Origin: an uncultured Chloroflexia bacterium
Lineage (GTDB): Bacteria; Chloroflexota; Chloroflexia; QHBQ01; JADMIH01
Assembly (NCBI GenBank): GCA_963797095.1
Contig: CAWCNY010000004.1
Location: 256,001-320,000, forward strand
Direction: 5' to 3'
Length of the DNA: 64,000 bases
Part shown: one piece after another, positions 10,161 to 20,041 of the stretch
Position numbering within the stretch: position 1 is the first letter of the stretch
Layout: every line of letters starts with the position of its first letter
Program-made: the position numbers and the translations under genes
The notes under the pieces: model-generated
What the model saw: only the letters and a program-made list of their open reading frames with translations
Databases searched by the model: none
Told to the model about the DNA's origin: nothing

Positions 10161-10934
10161 TTGTCCACGCCCTTACAACCGGGACAGACAATCATTTTCC
10201 TGGGCGACCACACCACCCCTGACGATCTGGGATATGTAGCGATAATACGGGACGTGCTTGCGAGATTCTTCCCGAAGCTTGGACTGCGGCTGATCTCGGC
10301 GGGTTCGCGCGGGCAGACCGCCACCGGGCTTGGTTCGCAGGCTATGATGGAGATTATTACTTCCAGCAAGCCGGACTGGTTGGTAGTTGGGATCGGGCTG
10401 ACCGATGCCATGCGGGAGCCGATTGTCGGGAAGGCCATTCAAGACGCGCGAGATGCGCGGACAAATCGTGAAGAGGACGAGGCAGCAGCCACATTTGGCC
10501 CTGAACTTGGACTGCGCCGGGAGAATCTCGGACCTATAAGCGATATCGGGCGCGAACCCGAACCGGTCACTGAGCAGCTAGGGGCGTTCAAAAGTAGTAT
10601 GAGCCTGGCGCTCAAGAGGCTGAGGTCGGCTGGCATTGGTGTGGTAGTGATGACCACTGTCTTGACCGACACGGACCCAAAGAGTGTAACGAACCGGGTA
10701 TTGCGCGTCTATAACCAGGCGATCAGGGAGGTTGCCCTGGAATCTGAGGCGCTTGTCGTAGACGTTGAGAAGGCTTACAGAGACGTGTTGGACCGAGCGC
10801 TCAACTATAAGCAGAAGTTGGCACTTGCATCGCCTACGGGCGTGCTCAACGCGCAGGGGGAGGCGCTGCTGGCCCGTACTGTATTGAGTGGGCTGAGTTT
10901 GTTGCCTCAGCCAGGCTGGAGACCATCCGGGTAG
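10161..10934 (+). CDS. SGNH/GDSL-fold protein with degenerate catalytic residues
   Basis: IIFLGDHTT, PDWLVVGIGLTD, YNQAIREVA, GVLNAQGEALLA. Confidence 0.75.
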   Translation: MSTPLQPGQTIIFLGDHTTPDDLGYVAIIRDVLARFFPKLGLRLISAGSRGQTATGLGSQAMMEIITSSKPDWLVVGIGLTDAMREPIVGKAIQDARDARTNREEDEAAATFGPELGLRRENLGPISDIGREPEPVTEQLGAFKSSMSLALKRLRSAGIGVVVMTTVLTDTDPKSVTNRVLRVYNQAIREVALESEALVVDVEKAYRDVLDRALNYKQKLALASPTGVLNAQGEALLARTVLSGLSLLPQPGWRPSG

Positions 10935-11004
10935 CGAACTTCTTCCGGCGCAGAGGGGCTTGCAACCAGGTTGGGACGCTTCGGGTGCGAGGCAGCAAGG
11001 GGCG

Positions 11005-13470
11005 TCACGAGGCCACGAAGATATAGTAGAGGAGCGAAAGGATCAGGCCGAGCACGAGGATGGCCGCCCAGGGAAAGGTTGCGGACATCGGTCGGGAACC
11101 GGCGGTGGCTCGGCCTAGGTGGAACGGTACGTCGGCAACGACGGTGTTCGGCCTGAACAAGAGGGCAGCTTTGAGCCTGAGTGCGCTCTGGTTGTGCAAG
11201 AGATACTCCCACCACTTGGCAGGCAGGAACTCAGGCAGCACGATTGTGATTGTGTCGTCTGTGTATTGGCGGTCGAGCGCATCAATATAGGATAGCAAGG
11301 GGCCTATCAGTGACCTGTAGGGTGATTTTATTATCACCAGATTGATATCAGTATCGCCCATGTGCTGCCGCCACTCGCGGTTGAAGTGCTCGGCCTCCTC
11401 AGGGTCTTCTCCTTCGACGATGTGAACGGCGGTGACGTTGGACGAGAGGGAGCGCGCATAATCGAGGGCGCTGATCGACACGCTGCTCAGGCTAGATACC
11501 GGCACCACGAAGGTATGCTTGTACTCTTTTCGACGGGGCACTTCAGCCGCAGCGACCTCATCGGCCACGCGCCGGTAGTGCCTGTGGATTGCCAGGAAGA
11601 TGCCAATCTGGAAGGGGATCAGGACGATCACCAGCCAGGTGCCTTTATCAAGCTTGGTAAGGGTAGCAACGAGGAAGACCATCAGAGTAGTAGCGGCACC
11701 GATTGCGTTGAGGAGCAGGTTGCGCTGCCAGCCTGGGGGACGGGTGCGCCACCAACGGACGACCATGCCGCTCTGGGAGAAAGTGAAAGCGGAAAAGACG
11801 CCAATAGCGTAGAGTGGAATGAGGGCGGAGGTCTCGCCGTCGAAGGCCATGATCAGGATGCAGGCGAGGGCGGCGAGGGTGACGATGCCCCAGGAGAAGG
11901 CGAGGCGGTCGCCCCTGAACGAGAACTGGTGGGGCATGAAGCGGTCACGGGCCAGGAAGTAGGAGAGGCGCGGGAAGTCGGCGAAGGCGGTATTGGCGGC
12001 GAGTACAAGGATTAGTGCGGTCGCGATCTGGATGACGTACCAGAAGGCATTGGTCCCGAACACCGTGCGGGCTATCTGGGACACCACGGTCTCGTCCTCG
12101 CTTGGCAGCACGTTGAGGTAGGTGGCGAGATAGGTAATGCCCGCGAACATAGTGATAGAGATCGCCCCCATATAGAGGAGGGTGCGCCGGGCGTTGGCCG
12201 CTTCAGGCGGCTTGAAGGCGGGCACACCGTCGGCTATAGCTTCAACACCGGTGAGGGCCGCAGAACCCTGCGTGAAGGCTCTCAGGAGCAAGAGTATGCT
12301 GACGCCCTGGAGACTTGCCTGAGCATCTGTGAGAAGGGTGGCTGAGGGCGGTTGATAATCTAACGGGCCGCCGATGTTCAGAAACTGTCGAAGAAGGCCA
12401 TAGGCGATCATCGCGAGAATGCTGAAGATAAATACGTATGTTGGCACCGCGAAGATGTTACCGGCCTCGCGCAGGCCACGCAGGTTTGCAACTGTGATGA
12501 AGACGACCAGAGCGATACAAACCTCAACGCGATATTCACGGATGGTCGGGTATAGAGAATAGAGCGCTGCGACACCGGCGGCAACGCTCACCGCTACGGT
12601 GAGTATGTAGCCGATGAGGATGGATGAGGCCGCCGCGAGGCCGGGCAATTGTCCTAAGTTATCCTTTGCCACGATGTAGGTGCCGCCACCACGGGGATAG
12701 GCGGCAATGGTCTGGCGGTATGAGGCTACCACGATGATCATGAGGAGGATGACGGCTCCGGCGAGCGGCATGGCCCACCAAAGCGCTGCGGCTCCCGCAA
12801 GCACCAATATTCGCAGAATTTCCTCGGTGGCATAGGCCACGGACGATAGTGCGTCGGAGGAGAGGACTGCCAGGGCCTTGACGTTGGTCAGCCTCTCGTG
12901 CATGGCGTGCTCGGTGCTGATCGGAGGCCCGATAAAGATGCGTTTTATGAGAGAGTAGAGCCTTCCCCAACTGCTGCGGGGCCTTTCGGTGTCCAGGGAC
13001 GCAGATAGAATGCCGCCACCCTTCCGGCGAAATGGTCCAACGGTGCGCTCAAAGCGCACGTATCGGTCTCCGGGGTGGCTCCCTTTCATAAGCTCCTGCT
13101 GCCGCAGATCGGGATTTACCTTGTGCGGCATTGAGGTCGGAACCGAACTGGGGGCAGCAGGGCCATTGGCCTGGTTTGCGCTGTCCTCCTTGACTGTTGG
13201 CCTGGCTTGCGGGGCGACCTCTTCTTCGACGGTAGAAGTGGGTTGCGGCGCTTCGGGGGGGCCCGGCGTGCGCGTTTCGAACTCTCTGATTTCGCCTTTG
13301 TCCGAAACTATTTTGCGGCGATGAGAAGGCGGGGAAGTTGCCTGGCGGTCGATGTCGCCGGGGCGGGCGCCGTTCCCCTGTGGCTCAGGCCGACCTGAGC
13401 TTACAGGTTGATCTGTGCCTGTGGTATCGCGTTGTGGGTTGGGGTCACGCTGTTGAGTTTGGTCGTCCAT
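11005..13470 (-). CDS. kimA: APC-family permease, KimA/YdaO-like K+ transporter
   Basis: SSDALSSVAYATEE, YPRGGGTY, TGVEAI, WWEYLLHNQSA. Long disordered N-terminal extension. Confidence 0.85.
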   Translation of the reverse strand: MDDQTQQRDPNPQRDTTGTDQPVSSGRPEPQGNGARPGDIDRQATSPPSHRRKIVSDKGEIREFETRTPGPPEAPQPTSTVEEEVAPQARPTVKEDSANQANGPAAPSSVPTSMPHKVNPDLRQQELMKGSHPGDRYVRFERTVGPFRRKGGGILSASLDTERPRSSWGRLYSLIKRIFIGPPISTEHAMHERLTNVKALAVLSSDALSSVAYATEEILRILVLAGAAALWWAMPLAGAVILLMIIVVASYRQTIAAYPRGGGTYIVAKDNLGQLPGLAAASSILIGYILTVAVSVAAGVAALYSLYPTIREYRVEVCIALVVFITVANLRGLREAGNIFAVPTYVFIFSILAMIAYGLLRQFLNIGGPLDYQPPSATLLTDAQASLQGVSILLLLRAFTQGSAALTGVEAIADGVPAFKPPEAANARRTLLYMGAISITMFAGITYLATYLNVLPSEDETVVSQIARTVFGTNAFWYVIQIATALILVLAANTAFADFPRLSYFLARDRFMPHQFSFRGDRLAFSWGIVTLAALACILIMAFDGETSALIPLYAIGVFSAFTFSQSGMVVRWWRTRPPGWQRNLLLNAIGAATTLMVFLVATLTKLDKGTWLVIVLIPFQIGIFLAIHRHYRRVADEVAAAEVPRRKEYKHTFVVPVSSLSSVSISALDYARSLSSNVTAVHIVEGEDPEEAEHFNREWRQHMGDTDINLVIIKSPYRSLIGPLLSYIDALDRQYTDDTITIVLPEFLPAKWWEYLLHNQSALRLKAALLFRPNTVVADVPFHLGRATAGSRPMSATFPWAAILVLGLILSLLYYIFVAS

Positions 13471-13493
13471 GTTGTTGGGTAGATAACTCCGGA

Positions 13494-14412
13494 TTAGCGT
13501 TTCATCAAGTTGCCAACGATGAATAGCACGTTAGCAGGGCGTTCGGCGAGTCGCCGCATGAAGTAAGGATACCACTCGCTGCCGTAAGGGACGTAAACGC
13601 GCATGTTGTAGCCTTCCTGCACAAGCTCCGACTGTAATTCGCGACGCACGCCGTAGAGCATCTGGTACTCAAAGCGGGCAGGGGCAATGCCATGAGAGGA
13701 CGCATAGCGTTTTGCGAAGGCGATCAAGCGGGGATCATGGGTGGCTATGCCAGGATAGTGCCCGTCACGCAGCAAGAGGGCCGCCAGTTTTGCATAATTC
13801 CTGTCTACGTCGGCTTTTTTGGGGAAAGCCACATCGGCCGGTTCGTTGTACGCGCCTTTGCAGAGGCGAACACGGGCTCCAAGCCGGTTCATTTCGCGAA
13901 CGTCCTCTTCGGTTCGATACAGGTATGCTTGTAATACCACACCTACATTTCTATAGCCAGATTTGTGCCACAGTCGCCGGAAGATATCGAGCGTACGGTC
14001 GGTGTAGGCAGTGCTCTCCATGTCGAGACGCACAAAGTTATCCAATTCCTGCGCCCGGCTGCAGATTCGCGATACATTGTCAAAGCAAAGGTCCTCGTCT
14101 ATATCCAGGCCCATCTGGGTAAGCTTTAGCGACACGTTGGACTTGATATGGGTCGAACTCGATCCTATTCAATACCTCTATATACGAGTCCGCAGCAGCG
14201 CGCGCTTCATCGTGGGTGCTGACATTTTCACCGAGATGGTCAAACGTCGCCATTATGCCCCTGGCGTTCAGGGTGCGAATCGCCCTGACGGCTTGATCGA
14301 GGGTTTCGCCCGCTACGAAACGCAATGCGAACCTGCGGGCCATCCCGTTGCTCAAGGCTATATCCTGTAGCTCTCGGCTGTTTGACAAAGTAAGAAATGT
14401 CTGTCTTAGCAC
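13494..14412 (-). CDS. putB: Monofunctional proline dehydrogenase, split by a 1-nt frameshift at ~14151-14158 (likely sequencing error)
   Basis: RFVAGET...DHLGE in 14080..14412. SLKLTQ, RLDME, RLCKGAY, ATHD, YFMRRLAERP in 13494..14135. Removing one base gives the continuous ESTHIKSNVSLKLTQ. Confidence 0.9.
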
Positions 14413-14477
14413 GGCAAGCTCCTCTCATCATTGAGGGTTTGGAGACAGGGGATCATACCTAAGGAGTCGTGTAAAAG

Positions 14478-14513
14478 CGGAGGACGAAAGACACTGCCGT
14501 CCTTCGTCCTCTG
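14478..14513. terminator. Hairpin terminator
   Basis: GAGGACGAAAGAC / GTCCTTCGTCCTC stem with A/T-rich flanks. Confidence 0.55.
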
Positions 14514-14530
14514 TTTATGGTGAGATAGTT

Positions 14531-15244
14531 TCAAGGTGTCGGGTTATGCCTGGGAAGTAGAGCCTGGACAGAGAGTGGAACCGATCTGTCCGAGGAAGGT
14601 TCGGGAGTCTTTATCGGGTCCTTATCGGTCCAAAGGCCGTCAGGGAAGGCTTCGTAGCCACTTTCCTCGTTGAACGCGCCTATATCGGTACCCACCACCA
14701 CTATTTCCGCGCTATCGCCGGGAGCCAGACCATCGGGGCTGTAGAAGTTGCCGATTCCGCTGCCGACGATCTTCTTATTCGAATCGGTTCTGGGACGGTC
14801 ATAGAAGAGCACCTTTACGCTAGCATTAAGCACTTTGGCAGGTTCCGGAGCGGGGGTTGGAGCATTGGGGGTTGGGGTGCCCTGGAGCGGTGGGGGCTGC
14901 ATGACGTTATTGGTGAGCTTGACCGTAACAGTGACGGTGCGGTAGGTATCGGTGTTGACTACCGGAGTGCCCTGCACTTGCGTGGTGGTAGTGAATGTCT
15001 CCAGTTGAACGATGGGTGTTCCTACGAACTCCAGCTTGAGACCTTCAGCATAGGGAGAGGCTGGCTTGACATTGACTTCGTCGGTGGACTGGAACGGACC
15101 TATACCGTTCAGCATGCCTATGGTAAGGGCCATTGTGACCAGTACAACGAAGGTCACAACGACAAGGATCACCCAGGTGATAGGCCGGGGCCGCCAGCGC
15201 GTAGCAGACCTGCGGCGGCCGGCGTCACGAGATGCTGTGGACAA
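14531..15244 (-). CDS. Hypothetical membrane-anchored protein
   Basis: Basic N-terminus, one TM segment, beta-rich extracellular domain. GAAGGGGGG RBS-like sequence upstream. Confidence 0.7.
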   Translation of the reverse strand: MSTASRDAGRRRSATRWRPRPITWVILVVVTFVVLVTMALTIGMLNGIGPFQSTDEVNVKPASPYAEGLKLEFVGTPIVQLETFTTTTQVQGTPVVNTDTYRTVTVTVKLTNNVMQPPPLQGTPTPNAPTPAPEPAKVLNASVKVLFYDRPRTDSNKKIVGSGIGNFYSPDGLAPGDSAEIVVVGTDIGAFNEESGYEAFPDGLWTDKDPIKTPEPSSDRSVPLSVQALLPRHNPTP

Positions 15245-15535
15245 CTATGCTCCCCCCTTCAAGGCACAATTGTAAATGCGACGGTGGCAACGCGCTTATT
15301 ATAGCACCCTCTCCTATGCCCGGCAAGCGTGAAATCGAGCGCGAAGGTCTATTCATTATCGCTTAGAGCGAGGGAGAGACCACTCACTCCCAGCCCCGCC
15401 TCCTTTGTCGGCACTCCACGTGAGCGAGGAGAGGGGAGTTAAATAGAATGGAGAGAGTTGGGGGACACCCCCTACTGAGAAGGAATAGACCCTGAATCGG
15501 GCGCAGAGAGTTAAGGTGGGAGCAACGGGAGCGAA

Positions 15536-16390
15536 CTAGGAAGCAAGCGAGTCGCGTCCGGCGGAGGCTAGCTCGCGGAGGCGCTTGATAACTCTCTCGG
15601 CGCGTGACGCGGTTAGCTGCGATAGCGCCTGGACATTGAGGCTCTCGCACAACTCAGGCACCGACATACCTGCTCTGTCCACGAGCTTGCTTATCTCACG
15701 CCACTGAGCAGGGGTGCAAAGACCGGTCGCGCCGCCCTCTAACTGGGCAATCTCCATGCCAACGTCGGCTGTTGAGCGCGAAGTGGGTCTGGTGGGCTGA
15801 AGGGTATTTGCAGCAGGTGCTTCATGGGGAGGTAAGTGTGTATTGGAGGTCGGCTGATTTGCGGGGGTGTCTTCCGTTTCATAGGGACGGTCGCGCCCGT
15901 AGAGATCGAGGCCGATACCGAGCAAAGAGGCGCATTTCTTGAGCGCATCGCTGGCCGCGGCCTTATAATCATCAGCTATGGAGAGGGGCTTGCCGCTTTT
16001 GGCTCCGGAAGCATGGCGTTTTATTTCCGCGCCACCGAACTGGGTCTTGACAATGGTCTGGCCGCCCGGTGTGCGCACGGTCAGGCGCGCTTCAACTATA
16101 ACATCATCGTCGAGGATTTGTTTGTCCATGATCTCGAAGTCCCAGTTGAAGCCGAAAACGAGGTTCAGCCGCTCGGTGACATAGCCGTGTTCAATGTAGG
16201 AGAATTGGAGACCGCCGCGCCCCTGCCTGGTCTTGATCTCATGCCGGGGGGTGCGTTGGAGCAGGAAATCGACCTGGGCTTCGCTGAGCGTTTGCAAGAG
16301 GAGCTTATGACGCTCGTCTCTGGCAATTGCGCCCGGCTCGATCTTCACAAGGTCGCCGTTGAAGATTTGAGAGGTTTCATCGCTGTGCAT
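15536..16390 (-). CDS. Rad52/Rad22 (Sak-like) single-strand annealing protein
   Basis: RQGRGGLQFSYIEHGYVTERLNLVFGFNWDFEI and KAAASDALKKCASLLGIG. Start uncertain (16390 or up to 16450). Confidence 0.85.
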   Translation of the reverse strand: MHSDETSQIFNGDLVKIEPGAIARDERHKLLLQTLSEAQVDFLLQRTPRHEIKTRQGRGGLQFSYIEHGYVTERLNLVFGFNWDFEIMDKQILDDDVIVEARLTVRTPGGQTIVKTQFGGAEIKRHASGAKSGKPLSIADDYKAAASDALKKCASLLGIGLDLYGRDRPYETEDTPANQPTSNTHLPPHEAPAANTLQPTRPTSRSTADVGMEIAQLEGGATGLCTPAQWREISKLVDRAGMSVPELCESLNVQALSQLTASRAERVIKRLRELASAGRDSLAS

Positions 16391-16462
16391 CAGGGTCTCG
16401 CTTTCCAGGGAGCTTATGACCATATTAGCACATATGTTCGTCTCATGCAAGGGCCGAATGGG

Positions 16463-16642
16463 CTATCTTTTGCGATTGACCTTGCGGACAGTTTTGCCGG
16501 AGACTTTGGTCTTGCGCTCGGCCTCGAACGCGGCCAGGCCCTCGCCCGCACGCAGAGTGCGATAGCGGATGTTCTGGAACTTGGAATTGATTGCTTTCCT
16601 GCGCCGCTGATCGCGCCTGTCGGCCTTATCTGGTGGCGGCAT
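16463..16642 (-). CDS. 59-aa highly basic hypothetical protein
   Basis: Not in the ORF track. AAGGAGGT RBS upstream of the ATG. MPPPDKADRRDQRRRKAINSKFQNIRYRTLRAGEGLAAFEAERKTKVSGKTVRKVNRKR. Confidence 0.65.
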   Translation of the reverse strand: MPPPDKADRRDQRRRKAINSKFQNIRYRTLRAGEGLAAFEAERKTKVSGKTVRKVNRKR

Positions 16643-16744
16643 AATGATTCACCTCCTTGCCCGTACGGTATTTTGTCTCGTAAACTGGGAAGGCATTGTT
16701 GTGAGGAGTGACGAGTGACTAGTAGCGAGTGGCGAGTGGTGGCT

Positions 16745-17941
16745 ATGAGTTTGAGTTTGGGAGCTTATTTGCGGCCCGATATACATTTGTTGAGAAGTGT
16801 GATCGTCAATTCGATCACAGCAGGTGTGGCGCTTGGGCTTTTTCTGAACCGCAGGCGCAACCCTGAACTTGAGGCGGCGGTCTGGCCGGGTGTTGGCGAG
16901 GCACCTTTTGTCGAGATTATTATCCCAGCACGAGACGAAGAACGCAATATTGGACCGCTACTGGAGACGCTTTGCCGTCAGAAGTACCCCGGAGGGCGTT
17001 TTCGCGTGACTGTGGTTGACGATGGCTCGGTAGATGGCACAGCCGAGGTGGTACGGCGATTTGCGGTGCAAGATACTGAGGTGAGGCTGGTGGAAGCGCC
17101 TGAACTTCCGGAGGGGTGGACGGGTAAGAACCATGCTATGTATACGGGATATGCGGCATCTTCTTCTGACGCGAAGTACTTGCTGTTTGTTGATGCTGAC
17201 ACTCGACATCACCCATTGATGCTGGCCAGCGTTGTGCAGAGGGCGGAGGAAATGGGGGCGAATCTTCTGAGCCTGGTGATTCGGGTTGATATGGTAAGGT
17301 TCTGGGAACGGCTAATGGTGCCTCAAGTGGGCGAGCTTTACATGCTGTTGGTGGGCAGCATGGACAGCGTGAACCGGCCCAGGGGAAAAGGTGGCGCGGC
17401 AGCCAACGGCCAGTTCATGCTGATAAGGCGCGATGCGTATGGAGATGCAATCGCGCACGCCGAGGTGCGGAGAGACGTTGCAGAGGACCGGGCCATTGCC
17501 GCTGCCCTGAAGGGCAAGGGCGGTATAATTCGTTTGGAATATGGACGCAGGCTGGTGCGCGCACGCGTTTATTCTTCCTTCCGGGAGCTGTGGGAAGGGT
17601 ACTCCAAGACGATGTTTTGGGCGAGCGGGCATAGCACCATGCGGGCCCTCGCTATTGTGGCAGGTCTGTCGCTTTATGCGTATATGCCGCTCATATCGCT
17701 GGTTGGGGCGCTTGTGCGGCGCGAGCACGGGCATAGAGAGAGCGCGCTCCGGCATGCGCCGCTACAACTCTTGCCGATGTTGGCCGTGCGGGGTGCCGTT
17801 TGTCGGAGCGTAGGTGTGCCCATCCGGTATGCGGTGGCTTATCCGCTTGCTGTTGGCGTGGGGAACGCGATGCTGTTGTTTTCGCTGTACCGCGTCGTGT
17901 CCGGCAAGGGGGTGAGATGGAAAGGGAGAGTTTACCGCTGA
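16745..17941 (+). CDS. GT2 glycosyltransferase (CrtQ/CruC/HpnB-like)
   Basis: IIPARDEE, VDDGSVDGT, PEGWTGK, FVDAD, ANGQF, AED, C-terminal WKGR. Confidence 0.9.
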   Translation: MSLSLGAYLRPDIHLLRSVIVNSITAGVALGLFLNRRRNPELEAAVWPGVGEAPFVEIIIPARDEERNIGPLLETLCRQKYPGGRFRVTVVDDGSVDGTAEVVRRFAVQDTEVRLVEAPELPEGWTGKNHAMYTGYAASSSDAKYLLFVDADTRHHPLMLASVVQRAEEMGANLLSLVIRVDMVRFWERLMVPQVGELYMLLVGSMDSVNRPRGKGGAAANGQFMLIRRDAYGDAIAHAEVRRDVAEDRAIAAALKGKGGIIRLEYGRRLVRARVYSSFRELWEGYSKTMFWASGHSTMRALAIVAGLSLYAYMPLISLVGALVRREHGHRESALRHAPLQLLPMLAVRGAVCRSVGVPIRYAVAYPLAVGVGNAMLLFSLYRVVSGKGVRWKGRVYR

Positions 17942-18094
17942 TGTCGCGGTTTAGATCATGAACCATCCCGGTTGCTGTATTGGTGCGAAACGTATCTCGC
18001 TGAAAGCAGATCCTGGCGTTCCGATGTCAGAAGTGACTCTATCTTGCACGTCAGTTTGGTTCCTTCACATTAGTTCTATCGTCAGAAGCTAGCT

Positions 18095-18657
18095 GGAAGT
18101 CAGCCGCCTTTCGGCGTGGGGCAAATCTTGAAAAGAACCCCTATCCCGCGCATTACTGCGGGCCTTCGCTTGCTCCAGCGTCTTTTACCCGATGAGTAAT
18201 TCTGCCTTCCTTACGGTCGGCTTACTCCGCATGCCAAGTGGAGAACTCAACGGGCTTACCGTAGTTCCAGATGTTGAGATGCGTCCAGGGAAGGTCCTGC
18301 CTATGCTCCGGTGGGAGTGTGTCCTGTCATCGAGCAGCGACTGGATTTGCTCGACCACCCACTTACCATTTTGGTGAGAGTGTCTCAGCCTTATTGCACT
18401 CTTACAGGATGACGAAGCTTTAGATGGCAGTTCACTTGCGTTGACCTATCTGACTTCCCCTTGCGCATGACCAGGTTTAGGCTACCAGTCAGCGGCGCTT
18501 GCGTGGCCTGCATTCCACCAGGTTCATTGCTTACTACTGGAGTGGCCGGGGTCAGAGACCCTTTTACGTGGGGACAGTGGGACAGAATCCACTGAGAGAG
18601 GGCTAACTCTCCACTCGATGGAGTTACCTCCTTACATCTAGCTTAGCTACGTCGCAC
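18095..18657 (-). mobile_element. Group II intron, 5' fragment (roughly domains I-III; no RT ORF or domain V/VI found)
   Basis: Starts GTGCGAC at 18657 on the minus strand, exactly where the transposase homology stops. An EBS1-like hairpin loop CCAGTC (18344-18339) is complementary to the last 6 exon nt GACTGG. Confidence 0.8.
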
Positions 18658-19109
18658 CCAGTCAATCCGGCTGCGAACAGCGTCGGCAGCCTGGCGGTCG
18701 GTGAGGTTCTCTATGAACTGCATGATCAGCACAAGAGCCAGTCGGGTAGGGCAATGGGCAGGTTGGCCACGTTGGGGAAACAACTGGGCAAAGAGGGGGT
18801 CGGAGTAGATAGAGCCGAGTTGCTCATAGATACGCATGTACAGATTGCCCTTAGGAAGAGCGGAATGCGCCACACGTTCAGTCTCTTCAGGGATCTGGTA
18901 CACGATCAGCGGGTGCAAGCACATGGCAAGTTCCTCCTCTTTCAGCGGACAAGCTATAGGTCAGCGGACGAGCCACAGGGGAGGGTGAAAAGGTACAAGG
19001 GGTCAATGCAACCTCAATTGTACAGGTGCAAGGAGGCTGTGAAAAGGCGAGCTTGATGATTGCTCTTTGGGAGGAGAAACCTTCTGAATGACAATTCGCC
19101 AACGGCATC
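18658..19109 (-). mobile_element. IS1182-family element, 5' fragment with interrupted transposase (CDS 18658..18924)
   Basis: IPEETERVA...PKGN...LFPQRGQPA...LTDRQAADAVRSRIDW. Putative left end GATGCCGTTGGCGAATT at 19109 (end assignment tentative). Confidence 0.75.
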
Positions 19110-19307
19110 TATCAATTCATAGGCGAAGATCGGCGAAGTGGTGGCATGGGTGTTCAACAAAGTAATGGAGGGCTATCGTGTAAAGTAACCGGAAGATCTA
19201 TAGGGAACCATGAACTTGACCGGGCTCAATAGCATAGCCCAGGGGTACAAAGTGAAATGCCTACAGAGTTCTAGGAGTTTCAGGAATAATATGTGGAACC
19301 CTAAAGC

Positions 19308-19892
19308 TTAACTGGATTTTATTTCGGCGCGCCAGAGCATCCTACGGGAGATCGTTTGATACCCCAGCGCCTCATATAGATGGCGCGCGTCCGTGTTAAA
19401 TTCCCAAACAACTAACTCCACCTCTCGCACACTACGCTCGAGTGTCCAGACATGTATATGCTGCATAAGTGCACGTCCTATTCCTCGGCCACGAGCATTG
19501 GCAAGAACACCCACCAAATGGACCTTAGCATAGCTCCGAGGTACATACATATCATCCTCTGGTGAGCGCTCAATACTCACGATTGCGCAACCTACAATAC
19601 TGGTAGCTATCTCTGCAACGAGCACTGTGCTTCCTGGCTGAGTAATAATCTCAAGAAACCTTTGTGGAGAGAGTGCAAGAACCGGTCCTTGGGTGAAGCG
19701 TTCGGGTAGCGGGGTAACGTGGTGCGCTAATACGGACTCATATATAGGGGCAACTGTTTCATAGTCTTCAGGCGTTGCTGTTCTAATGACGTAGTTCGAC
19801 TTTGACTGGGTCATTACGTTAACTCCCACACTTTCACCATAGAAGTCATGGACCGATCTCATTGCTTCCGTTTTGGTCAAGGCTTTTGGCAT
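19308..19892 (-). CDS. GNAT family N-acetyltransferase
   Basis: RGRGIGRALM, VWEFNTDARHLYEALGY. Start uncertain. Confidence 0.85.
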   Translation of the reverse strand: MPKALTKTEAMRSVHDFYGESVGVNVMTQSKSNYVIRTATPEDYETVAPIYESVLAHHVTPLPERFTQGPVLALSPQRFLEIITQPGSTVLVAEIATSIVGCAIVSIERSPEDDMYVPRSYAKVHLVGVLANARGRGIGRALMQHIHVWTLERSVREVELVVWEFNTDARHLYEALGYQTISRRMLWRAEIKSS

Positions 19893-20041
19893 GGTGATAG
19901 CTCGTCACCCATCTGACCGAGTAAGTGTGCCGCATGGATGTCTTATCGGGCACGCCAGGGGATGCACTGCTGCAATTCCTATCCCCATCGAATGTCGATC
20001 CGGGCCCAATATACCATACTCCCCAAGGAATCACTTACCAG

